64,000 bases of DNA. Source: Hydrurus foetidus (Eukaryota). The stretch's first letter is position 1. Each line of letters begins with the position of its first letter. A program made the translations under genes and the position numbers. Below are positions 12,751 through 28,774 of the stretch, piece by piece. The notes under the pieces are model-generated. The model was not told where the DNA came from. It made no database searches and worked only from the letters and a program-made list of their open reading frames with translations. The stretch is from NCBI GenBank assembly GCA_900617105.1, contig UYFQ01000740.1, positions 1-64,000 on the forward strand. The letters are read 5' to 3'.

Positions 12751-13266
12751 ACCAATAGCAAAGGAAAAACCAATTTTGTGTTGGTATGATCTTATCTCTC
12801 ATAACAGTGGGACCGAATGCCGCCATGTACCGACGTGGCCACACTGCAGTGAAGACTCGCTGGTATATTTCAATAATTATGACATATAATCTTTGCATTA
12901 GTAACTGCGGAAATCATCGAACTGACACTTGACATTCACCAGCGAGGCATTTAATGGCCTCATTGTATCAATCTTCTTCAGTGGTACGCTCGGGCACCCT
13001 ATAAAACTTGATGATCTGCGTATGGAACAACCACTTATTATCACAGTCATAACTCTTTTAACTAAAAAAAACATGAAATTGGAAACAATCTTGAAATACG
13101 GGTAAGGGTAGAGTCCGTGATCGAACTCTAGACTAGTCGCCCAATCGCTACAAGGACCGGACATCGACTTGCACCATACTCTGGAACAAGTCTTTATTCA
13201 GATATTCGATCTTACATACTAGACGACATGCGTGTGGAGATTAGATACTGCTGTACTTCCTTCAAG

Positions 13267-14894
13267 TCACACACCTATATTCGTTATAGAGAAAGGTAAT
13301 TAGTGCGTTTAAGTCGGATTAGTACGAGTGTCCCTCATTGAAAAAATGATCACGTACCTATTTTAGACAGTTCCTTAACTGAATCTGACAGCGATGATCG
13401 TCTGCTCTCGGCCGCTTTATCAAGAGCATCGCTGACGCACTTAGATACAGCATCCTGTGATGTACTGCCGTCCACACGAACCATCTTATCCTCGTAGCAA
13501 GATTTAACTGCGTCGATGTGACCTTGAAATTCCTTGTAACGCACTATTATCTTCTCAGCTGTATCGTCACTGCGTTGCACCAGTCGTGATGCGACCTCGT
13601 CATTCTCTGGAGGATTGAACTTCATGTGATAGATCTTGCCAGTAGCAGGATCAGTCCTTCTTCCAGTTACTCTCTCCACCAAAATATCCTCGGGAACATC
13701 CAACATCAAGAAGCAGTCAGGCACCATACCAGCACTTGACAGAGCCTCTGCCTGTGATCTCGTGCGAGGAAAGCCATCCAACAACCACCCGTTGGTCTGA
13801 CAGTCGCTCTCTTTCAAGCGATCACATATCAGTCCCGTTATCAAGTCGTCGGGGACAAGCTGCCCACCTTCCATGAATGCCTTTGCTTTTACTCCCAATG
13901 GTGTTCCTTGCTTGACAGCCTCTCTCAGTATATCTCCGGTCGACAGGTGCACTAGACCGTACTTGGCTTTTATCATTTCACACTGGGTTCCCTTCCCAGC
14001 TGCCGGTGCTCCCGCGATAATGATTCTTAAGTTTGTGTTCTTTTTAACTTCTGTCGATTGTAGCATACTTCGAATTATAGCGTCACTGACGCACTTAGAT
14101 ACAGCATCCTGTGATGTACTGCCGTCCACACGAACCATCTTATCCTCATAGCAAGATTTAACTGCTTCGATGTGACCTTGAAATTCCTTGTAACGCACTA
14201 TTATCTTCTCAGCTGTATCGTCACTGCGTTGCACCAGTCGTGATGCGACTTCGTCATTCTCTGGAGGATTGAACTTCATGTGATAGATCTTGCCAGTAGC
14301 AGGATCAGTCCTTCTTCCAGTTACTCTCTCCACCAAAATATCCTCGGGAACATCCAACATCAAGAAGCAGTCAGGCACCATACCAGCACTTGACAGAGCC
14401 TCTGCCTGTGATCTCGTGCGAGGAAAGCCATCCAACAACCACCCGTTGGTCTGACAGTCGCTCTCTTTCAAGCGATCACATATCAGTCCCGTTATCAAGT
14501 CGTCGGGGACAAGCTGCCCACCTTCCATGAATGCCTTTGCTTTTACTCCCAATGGTGTTCCTTGCTTGACAGCCTCTCTCAGTATATCTCCGGTCGACAG
14601 GTGCACTAGACAGTACTTGGCTTTTATCATTTCACACTGGGTTCCCTTCCCAGCTGCCGGTGCTCCCGCAATGATGATTTTTGGTGCTGACATTGGCTGA
14701 CTTTTGCTTATCATCTCTATTGACCCCTTTCGTCGCGGTTCTGCTTCACCTCTAAAGGAAAGCGTGTTCACAGATGGGTTAGATTTAACGACCCCATGAG
14801 AAAATCTTGTTGTAAAGTGACCATTGGTGGTAACAATGATCGTTGATGCTAGGATGATGCACAGTAGTGGCCAAAGCGAATAGAAATTCATCAT
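13267..14894 (-). CDS. ADK: second plastid-targeted tandem double adenylate kinase, stand-alone (unspliced ORF ends at 13350; a probable intron 13357-13275 gives the C-terminus KIGV*)
   Basis: Near-identical to 8068-9613 in both AK domains, with the same ATAG|GTA donor at the end. Confidence 0.92.
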
Positions 14895-15423
14895 TATGAC
14901 GTAGATTGTGTGCTCGTTGTTTGCCAGTTGTTTTCATCAACCAGTGGGCTGGACGAAGTGAAGATGTCGCGTAGTTAGGGCAAGGTTTGCTGCTACAGTT
15001 GATCTAAAGGTACTCTGATGTTATCGACGCTGACTGGCAGTATATTGAATCACGATCAACGCAGCGTTGCTGGTGCTGGTTGCTGTTCGCTGACTACCGA
15101 TCGGAACTACATCGCAGTATAATCGGAGTGGAGCAAAGGGGGGCCTAGCTAGAACTTTCCTAGACACAAGCGCTCGGAACTTTGAACTCGGAACTCGGAA
15201 CCTGCAGAATGTGTAACCGTAGATAAAGGACAAAGCTCCATGCTCCATTCTGCGTGCTTGCATGGTTGTGAATTGTGAAGCCCTGCAGCCCTGCTGACTC
15301 TCAGCAGCTTGAGCTGTTCACTCTGTGTTAATTGAATCATTCCTCTCATAGTGCCTGTAGGCGTCGATGAAATGAGTTTCTGCTACGCATCATTGGACAG
15401 TTAAGGAAAACTTTTATTTCAGG

Positions 15424-18850
<3,427 letters not shown>

Positions 18851-19449
18851 ATCGGATACGCTTTGTGCTCTTTTTTAGCCCGCAAATGTCAAGTCATTAT
18901 TTATCTGTAATTTGATCTATTCTTCGAAGTTTTTTACTCTGTACCTTCTATATTACATACTTACACCACATACTTATTTTTTTACACGAAAAACTAGAAT
19001 ACTGGTCCTTGAATAGAAATACTATGAAGTAAATTCATCGTCCAAGATTCTGCTTTCTCATTAATTTAGTAATGAGAATAATTTACATGATACAAAGTAA
19101 TAGTATTTAATGTATTAATTTTGATCCACGAATTCACTATTTTTGATCAATCGTGTAATCAGAAGTGTTTATTGGCTGGACATTGAAACTGTTCACCTTT
19201 GTCAGTATAGAAAAGGGACTTCAACTAACTTTCATGTACGGGTTTGATTACGAAATCGTAATTTGAACTAAGTAAACAGCACAGCTGAGATGAGGTCATT
19301 GTAAAGGTGACAGCCGACTCAACTGATTACTGCGTTGAACAGAAGTCGCATATGGATTTGTATCTTCTTCAATATTTGGTTGCCTTCGGTGACGCATTAT
19401 AAGATTATGCAATCATGACCCACTTTAATGACAGGATGTTACTATCAGT

Positions 19450-21062
19450 CTACGCACCAGAGACGGCACCACCTGATGATGCATTCTTTTTGTTTTTCTT
19501 CTTATGACCGTGTCCCGCTCCATCCCTAAGGTGATGGCTGGATTTATTTTCGTGCCCCTCATTAGACGACTCGGCAGCCTTCAATCTGTTTGCTACGCAC
19601 TCCTTAGTAGTGCATGGCGAATCGGGGGCAGAGAGATTCAAAGCCATTGCTTTTTCAGCATCTTCAATTTTCTTTTTCTCAGCAGCTGAGTGATCTACGC
19701 TGACGTCACCGTGAACTCCTCCATGATAATTATACGGATTAGGCTCGATAAACTTAAACCCAGGGGCATTAACCCGACCGTACCGACCCCTTTTATCCGG
19801 ATCGGATACGGTTCTTCCGAACTCTGGGTTCTTGAACCAGAAAGATCCCGGTCGTAAGTACACACTTTCACCGGTCATATTCGCCAGCACTTCACGTAAT
19901 TGACAAGAATACCGTAACGCTATGACGTCATGGTGAAATCCTACGCTGCGAGCTAGGAACTTTGGAATATCGTAATTAGAAGCTGCTGATTCACCGCTTT
20001 CTCCTGCTCTCACTTCACCGGAAGAAGTTTTCCAAGTCTTCTGTTTTAGTGCAAATTTCTCGAGTGATCGGCTGTAATGATTTATCACCATACCATCCGC
20101 CCACTTTAGTCCCTTGCCGCTTATCCTCCAATTCTCATCCGCGCTCCTTCTTCTGCATACATCTGATTCTGTTGAGAAATCATGCTCCTGACATCCGTGA
20201 AAGTGACAGCATCTAGCGATGTACTCACTCGTCTCATTTCTATATTCAGGTGACTTCAGTTGATAACCACACTTAGGTGCAACAGATGTGTAATAGTTCA
20301 TCTTCGCGCGTGTTTTCATTCTTGTCTGATAAGCTTCAATGCTCAGTAAGTTGATTGGTTCAAGGATATGAGGGCTGGATTGAAAGTTGTTCTTCGTGAC
20401 GCAGTAAGATGCTCGTCCCGTCAGTTTTATCCATCTTTCAAACTTTAATAAAAACGTAGTAAACATGATATAATAAAAAATCTATCGAACACAGCCATCC
20501 TCAAATCTTGTGAAATTCATCATACCTCATCGACAATCGTTATTCCAGGGAGATCAGGAATGAGATATTCATCTAAATCCAAACTAAACTGATAGTCGTA
20601 GCCCATTTTTATAGCCTCTAGCTTGCAATCCGTCTCCAACAATGCTTTAGTTGCCATAGCTTTCTTAAATGGCTGCTTCAAAAACCCTGGACTTATATTT
20701 GCTATGATAGACGTGAAATTACTTTTCACGGTAACAAAGCCAGAATCTATCCATGGCTTCAGTTCCACCAAGCCTTTGTCGATACTATTGTCGTTGTAAA
20801 GAAATACATGGTCAAACCCATGCATTTGATAATAGGCGACCCACTCCGACAGAAATCCTTCCTCATCTTTTATCATGGGACAGACAGCAGCCTTTTTATT
20901 AGTCTTTTTCTGGATTCGAGAAAAGTCACCTCGTGCACAGTTCGGCAAGTTTTGGTACAGCGGACTTCCGTCGTCCTTCTTGTTGACCTCAACTCCAGTG
21001 GTCTCTTGTGCTCTATGAAAAAAGACCAATGCCAAGAGATATTGGATGAACAACATATTCAT
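19450..21062 (-). CDS. secreted/Golgi glycosyltransferase, GT92/GT2-like (2 exons, intron 20525-20443)
   Basis: Signal peptide; AVCPMIKDEEGFLSEWVAYY..GFDHVFLYNDNS; DLDEY (DxD); INHYSRS. Confidence 0.8.
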
Positions 21063-21336
21063 TGTTCTGGGCCCAGAAAGCAATAATGCCATCGTTAATG
21101 ACGACATATTGCTCTATTTTCGGCTGCCAGCATCATCAGATCATTGAATTGTGCGAAAGTGGGGTCACCGCCATTGGGCTGAAGATAATTAGTGACAGTA
21201 TATCTGACAAGTTTTGGAAGTTGAGATTGATCTCGAAAGACGTTCATCTTAAAATACATACCGGCGGCACCTTCTTCCTTCTTCGGACGTCGGACATTTT
21301 ACGGAATACGAAACGTGCAGTCATATACCGTATACT

Positions 21337-22907
21337 TAAGGGTGGTGGCCAGGCCAGTTTTTTTTAGCCAGCCACTGGCCATTGGCTAGGCCAGTTATCT
21401 GGCTAGGAGTTACCGGATAAGGCTGGCCATCCTAGCCAGGCTGGCTAACTTTTTATTTTCGTTGGCTGGCTAACTATTTTTCTGACTGGCTAAATTTTTT
21501 TTCTAAGAGACCCCGATTTGAACCCAGTTGGATGCCTACGGCATATTGTGAGGTGGGTGAGAGTTTGTTTATGGGCATAACTAATTAGTTACACTAATTA
21601 GTTACAGTGTCCTGTGTCAATCTCTGCAATTTGTCAGCTATAAGTTTATGTTATTTAATTGAGTCTGATTTACTACCTACAGGAAGTTATCAATGTTGAA
21701 GTTAAGCTAGATAAAGTGATATGTTCAGTATAGTTATGGAGTATATAATTTATCATTACTATGTCACTTGCATCGACCTTAACATGTATAGTTAGTGTAA
21801 TCAAAAACATACACAATATACATACCTAAACGACTATATTGTGTACCCAAAAAGTGGTACACCATTTCAACCATATATGTAAGACTATCGAACAGTTGTC
21901 ACCTTCTAGCGTTCGCAGCGAAGGTGGAGAAGAAGCTGCAGTCTAGCTTCTCAAATCAGGGAGCTATCCAGTAGACGATACTGTGAAGTACAACGTATTA
22001 AGTTCTGCTTAGAGTTAACAGATAGCCACACAAAAGAGTCACATTGAATACATTTTTATCACAGGCATACCATCAACGTCAATTGACCGTGAGCAAGTGT
22101 GGAGGGCAATAAAGGATCTCATGATCGAGCTGTAGGTAATGAGACATAACGCCTGCGCCTGGAGTCCCGAAATTGCCGTTTTGAATGGAGCAAGAGCTTT
22201 ACCAACTGATGAGGACCCATGGGGAGAAGAAGAAGAGGAGGTTCCCGAACCTGGTCCTCCTCCATTGAATATGAATCAAGTTCAACGAGCAGTTACTGCA
22301 GAACTTAATGCACACAAATCCATACTGAGAATAGATATGAGAGTGACATTAGAAAATGGTGACAAAGGTAAATACATTGACCCATTAACATGGTGGAAGG
22401 ATCGCATAGAAAGCTTTCCAACGTTTTGCCAGATAGCAAGGAAAGTACTTTGCATTCCTGCTGCGACTTCTGCCCCATCTGAGAGAGTTTTTTCTGTAGC
22501 AGGACTCACCATTTCGAAAATGCGTTCTAGACTAGACAGCGAAAATGCTTCGTGTCAACTGGGACCTTAGTGATCAAATGAATTCTCCCCAGGTGGAAAT
22601 ATTGAATTAACTATATGAAGTTTGATTTTAATAATGAGATGCATTTCCATATCATGCCGTGCTAAGTAGAACATCATTTCTAATATTGGCTGAAGAGTAA
22701 GTAAATAGATAACTAAAACAAATGAAAAATACACGGATTTTCTCCAATTTCTGTATTTTGGCCAGGACTTTGGCTAACTTGTTCAGTCAATCTAATGGCC
22801 AGTGGCTAGGCTAACAATCATGCCTTGGGCTAGGATTTGGGCTAAGATCAGACCTTTTTTCGGCTGGCCCGGCTAAATCCGATAAAAGGGGCTGGCCACC
22901 ATCCCTA
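21337..22907 (+). mobile_element. non-autonomous hAT DNA transposon
   Basis: 16-bp TIRs TAAGGGTGGTGGCCAG / CTGGCCACCATCCCTA (2 mismatches); perfect 8-bp TSD CGTATACT (21329-21336 and 22908-22915); subterminal GGCT/TGGC repeats. Confidence 0.92.
22139..22570 (+). pseudogene. hAT transposase C-terminal dimerisation-domain fragment
   Basis: [37 protein letters not shown]. Confidence 0.88.
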
Positions 22908-24074
22908 CGTATACTGTACGCCAATCTGGGGGGAGGTTAAATTTTAAATTTCTATTTTTTCGTGTATCATTATGTGTAGGATAATATGTAGGATGCACAG
23001 GTATCATTGGATTATTGACTGACAGGTATGATGTTGACTTAAGTGTATCATGAAGCTGATATTCTACGAAAATACCAATGATGTCGTCATCGATATTGCT
23101 CCTTATCGCCTCAATCAACAGAAACAGGTGGAGAGAGTATTTTCTTTACTGAACTCTTAACTTAACAATTAGCAGCACCAGCGTTCCATAGCCATGTAGA
23201 GACTTCTGCCATTATTACTTTCAAAGAGAACTTCCGCGAAAGAAAACAGTGCATGGTGCATGTAGGAAATACCAAATAATAAAAGTCGAATCATCAGATC
23301 ATTTTTGAATGTTTAAAATGATTGATTCAGTGATTGAAATATGTTGCTGGTACGGATTTCGGTTCATCTGGATTACGGTGCATGGCAGCATAACACACGT
23401 AATTGATTATCTTTCTATGCTGATTTCAAGTGGCATAATTGAGCTGTCATGTAACATGATTAAATTTTGAGAGGCATAATCGAACACCACCGCGGAGCAA
23501 TTCACCTCCAAAAGACGAAATTGTAAACAGGAAGTTGTTTTTTTGCTGGATTAGTTTTCAGAGATCGTGTGGCATAATTGCGATATTAGAGTGTTTGCGC
23601 ATCTGAAATTACTGAGACTCTGCGGACCCTGGATTTTTCTAATTCCCCGAGATTTTCCGTGTTTTGCAGATTTCTTTTTCGAAAACCGTGATTCTCTCGC
23701 AAATTTGCGAAATCAAATTGTTGAGATCCCGTGAATCTCTGCAGGGGATTTGCGAGATTCTCGTAAATTTCAAGATTGTGGGGGTCGGACCGGGAAAAAG
23801 GGGGTCAGAATCTCTGTAATTTCCAATGCGCAAACACTCTATTATCCTGAAGTGGGACAATGGAACCGCAATTGCAGCAGTAACCTGTAATCGACAATAA
23901 CTAGCTGACACCCCGAGCTTTGTAATCGTCTCCACAAGTCGTTAGCCCTCCACGCTCCACGTACTCTAACAATAAGCAATAGGTATGCGTATGGTGCATG
24001 CTGCTGCTACACTGTTTGTTGCAAGTAGTATTTCGGGTTGAAGGCTAACTTGAAGCTTTCCTACTGGAACTGTC

Positions 24075-26066
24075 ATGAATTTCCCAGCTTCAACAAAGTG
24101 CTCGGCGTGCGGAGCGGTAAAATGTAAAATGACTCCGCACCCTCTACTCGAAGTACCTGTCTGCGAAAATTGCTCAAATGCTTATCAGGGAGAGTTTACC
24201 ATAGACAGCGTCACAGGCAACGAAATCTACTGTAGGTGGTGCGGAGAAGGGCAGGGGAGCATCTCGCTTTGCGATTCATGTCCGAAATCGTTCTGTAGTG
24301 GATGCATTCAGCGTAACTTCGGATTGGCGGAGAGTACTCGAATACAAGGATTGAGTGAGCGTTGGAGCTGCTATCTATGCTCGCCTCAAGCTCTGGAGGA
24401 TTTGATTGAGAAAAATGGCTGGAATATTGAGGTGTCAACTAGTTCATCAGCGGGGCCTGTGAAGAAACGGAAGGCGGCCAACGACCCAAACATTATTTGT
24501 AGTGATGTTAGTAGGGGCAGGGAACGTTTCCCCATTCCAGTGTACAATGATGTCGATCATGTGCCAGCCCCACTTGACTTCACCTACGTGACGAGGCATG
24601 TTGCAGGCGATGGTGTAACCATCACTAATAATCCGAGCTTTGTATCTTGTTGTTCATGTACGGATAACTGCCAGGACGCCTCGAAATGTGAGTGTGCGAG
24701 ACTTATGGGTGGGTTCGCTTACAATAAGAATGGGATATATCTTTCTGAGAAAGTAGAAGGAGTTTACGAATGTAATCAGCGTTGTTCTTGTCACGTAATG
24801 CGCTGCAAGAATAGAGTTGTTGGGAAGGGACCCCACTTAAAGCTGCAAGTATTTCGTTGTGCGGATCCGAACAAAGGCTGGGGTGTTAGGTGTCAAACAG
24901 CGATTCCTGCTGGGACATATATTACGGACTATTTAGGGGAGGTGATGCTGGAGTCTCATGCAGACGGCCGTGGTCTAAGTCGATCTGACGAATATCTTTA
25001 TAATCTCGATGCATGGGGGAGAAGTCAAGCATGCCAGAGGTTGTCTGAGCTCGGAATGAAGAGAGGCTTACTCTCAATACCGACAGAATGTGAGGTAGAT
25101 GTAAGCGCACTCACGAAAAATGAGGTGATGAATTTGCTTGGTGAGGAGCTTACTGAGCTGCTCGATTCGAAAGGTGCTCTAGACAGAGCAATCCGATTAG
25201 GCGACAAGCAAGCCAAGGAGAATAGTGCAGCAATGGCCATGTGCATTCCATGCACTAGCACTACAAGTAGCACCTCTAAGAAACGTAAGTCCATTTACAC
25301 TGCAATCATGTTGTATGATCTTCAACACTCACATTCTCATTCATAAATCTTCGTATTCGCAATATGTTGCACCATGGACTGAACGACACAGGGGTGGGAC
25401 CTGTAACTGTCCCTGCACTTGGTGCCACTACATCTTGGTGGCAGAGCAGAAGAGTTTCCAGAGTGCAGGCGTGGAAGAAAGCGACAGAAACCATCAGCGA
25501 CAGAGCTATCATTGAGACGGAGGAAAATAACGACACCTTCACAGTGGATGCGAGGTACGTACTGTAGATACATTCTGTAGATCATTTAAACACTTCCGCA
25601 GATTTGCTTTTACATAATGAATCCAGGATTTATTCAGCCCTCAATTGAATGGCCACCTCTTCATGTCGAATTATTTTCCCTGTTTCTTATTTCTTATTTC
25701 TTATTTCAGACGCTTCGGAAGTGTAGCTCGATTTCTGAATCACAGCTGTAACCCGAATCTTGATATTGTCACGGTAATGGTGGAGTCACACGATGTCAGA
25801 ATACCACGGTATGACGCACTTCGTTCTATTCCTAAGTAACTTTTTTTATTTTGTCCTAAGCAATGGTACGTGAGATGGGGATGCAATGAAATGAAATGAC
25901 AATTTTTGTTCGATGACTTCGTATCAGGGTGGCTTTTTTCAGTGCGGATGCTATACCGGCCATGACGGAACTCTGCTACGATTACGGCTACTATGAAGGA
26001 AATGTCGAGGGAAAAAGTCGAATCTGCTTGTGTGGGGCGCCTGCCTGTCGGAACGTTCTGTACTGA
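24075..26066 (+). CDS. ADD zinc finger + pre-SET/SET/post-SET histone lysine methyltransferase, SUV39/SETDB1 (H3K9) class; 4 exons
   Basis: ADD: CSAC..HPLLEVPVCENC..YCRWCGEG..LCDSCPKSFCSGCIQRNFG..WSCYLC. Cys-rich pre-SET; KGWGVRC; RFLNHSCNPN; ELCYDY; CLCGAPACR. Introns ~25285-25391, 25555-25709, 25809-25927. Confidence 0.9.
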
Positions 26067-26460
26067 TCCCTCTGTTTTATTTTTGTCTGATCTGACATCC
26101 GTTTTGGCAACTTATCCTATCTTTTTTATACTTTTGTGATTGATAATTTTATTATTTCAAGAAGAGGAAATTATCTTTCATTATAATTAATGCATGCGTA
26201 CGCACAGAGAACGTGGATGAAGAGAGTAAGGTGCGATGTATCTTGTCAACGTCAAAGAAAGTGACTGGTAAGTCACGCGTAGCTTTGCCGTGACAGACGC
26301 AGTCTATTAAATAAGTAATAATGCGATATAAATATGCTTAAATATTGAATAGAGAGGACTAGACAAGAGGGACATCATATCCAATACAAAACGTATCAGT
26401 CTGTACAAAATTTTGTTATACACCATGTGGCATGAAGATTGCAGTGTGCTGCAAAATTTA

Positions 26461-28740
26461 TCAACTGAACTTAGCGTCCATTCGATAGGAGGAAATCCTT
26501 TTCAGTACAACGGGTTGTAGAGCACCAGCAGCAGCTGTGTGCGATTTTGTGCTATCCGCTTGACTGCTCCCACTAGTACTGGCTGGAGACCGAGAGATAT
26601 CAGCCATAGGGGCATGAGACTTTCCTAACATCACCAAGGCGTGCGAGACGATTTTCTTCATGCTCGATTCAAGCTGACCTTCCATGAAAGTTCCTTGATA
26701 CTTCAGGAGCGAAGCCACTATATCCGAGACTGTCATTGCCTCCACAAAAGGTAATCCCAGTCCCAACTCATCTATTCTAGCGATGAGCCGCGCCTCTACA
26801 CTGCACACAGATACGTCTGGTAGTGTCCGTGGGTGGGACGCATTCTTGCCCGAGAAGGAGTACTTGGAGTAAATGTCGGTACCATGATCTTTGGGCCCAA
26901 TAAAAAGAGGGAAGATCTTGTCCAATAGTCCTCTTTCTCTCAACTCCAGTGCAAGGACAAACTCAAGCAGAAGGTGGTCGCATTGAGAAGAGCTGTCGAG
27001 AGAAGTGAAGCTGCCTATTGCCTCTCTAGATATCACCGGGAGAAAGGCTTTGCTCTTCATTAGACCGACACAAAACCCGACATCCCAGGGCTCCCCCGGT
27101 TTGAGACATTCCTTGTCCCACCACACCCTCAGCCCTGCACTTCGTAACATGTTGTACAGCATCTCAGCATGTACACTGTCACTGGCTACGCGGTAGGATA
27201 AGAAAACATCATACTCTGCTTCATCATTTATCATGCGGCATATTTTCTTTCCTGTTATGAAGGGGTGTACGAGTACGTGGCGTATACTCGGTCGTTTCCT
27301 TGGTTCTTTTGAGAGCAGTAGAGATATTAAATTGCGCGCAGCAGTGTTTTTCACTCTGGACAGTTTTTCGACTTTCAGACTGTCTGACCATTCAGCCAGT
27401 AGCCTTAAGTCGCTCTCCTCAATATTGCCGTCACCGTCACATAGGAACAAAGGAGCGTTAGCTGCGATGTTATAGATGACCACGCCAAGAGACCAGAGAT
27501 CGTGAGTCTCTGAGGCAGGAACAAGCTCGAAGTCGAAGTCACAGCTCTGATTGTCCCGTCTGTGATTAGCACCGTGCACCCTGTGATTCGGCATATTTGC
27601 CTTTGAACGTACGCACACCACAGAGTCCGTACAGTATATCAACTCTGGGCATACGTAGCCCGAACTGAACTTCATGGCGGAGTATTCAGTACCGGAAATG
27701 AATGAGACTGATGCATCCAAATCGATCAATTTCATTTGCTGCCCTACTCTCATGATATTGAGCGCTGATGTAGTGAAGAGAAGGAAGGAGGAAGGAAGAG
27801 GGCAACGAAGAAGGTTAGGGGAGGAAAGGGGAGCGAAAAGAAGAGGAAAAGCGTCAAGAGGGAGAGGAAGAGCTGTGATGCAGCAAAATGAAGTGGCGAG
27901 AAAAATTTGGTAGGTATATCCAATAAGAATGAGGTGAGCCAGCTGAGGGCCATTGAGGGAATGCAACAGGCACAGTGAGATGTATGGCTAAAAACTGGCA
28001 GAGTAAAAAATTTACAAAATTACGGAAGGAACAATATCGGGTAAGTTGCATGAGGACAAGGGTATGTTATGGTGGAATGCAAGAGTAGAGATGATTCAGC
28101 GACATGACATGATGTGGAAATATTGATGGAATGTGAGAGGCACTCACGTTTGAGGTCTCCGTGAATGAATCCATTGAAATGCATGTGTCCCACAGCTGAT
28201 GCGATCTGGCATGTTATCATGCGAATCTGATCCCAGTCCCTGCCCGCTAAATGCTCTTTCACCATGACGTCACCGAGGTTTCTCTCGCCGACATGCATCA
28301 CAAAGCAATACGGGAAATCAACAAACCCCTTCGCAACAGCTTCATCTCTGAAGTCTGGATCTTCATCACAGTCATGCACTCTAATGCCTCCCATAACGTG
28401 CACCTCGCTGAAGTTACCCAGCGCTCTCACACGCACTTCTCGTAGGAATTGAGCACGCTCTTTCATGAATTTCATCGCCACCATTTTATCGTCATCCTCG
28501 CTTTCGTGGTCAACGGCAAGATGCACTATGCTTGTTTCGGTCTGCAAGAGATTAATTTTTCAAAAAAAATTGGCTTCGCGTTAATAAAGGGCGATTGAAT
28601 GCATTGCGATGTATTGTGTCTAGTGCAGTAAGTATGTATTAGCAATGTGCGAAGTCATACTCCTAAGGTCAAAAAGAAGATGACAAAGAAGAATGCCACT
28701 GCAACGTGTCTGCGTGTGTACATGAATAGTGTTATGTAAT

Positions 28741-28774
<34 letters not shown>

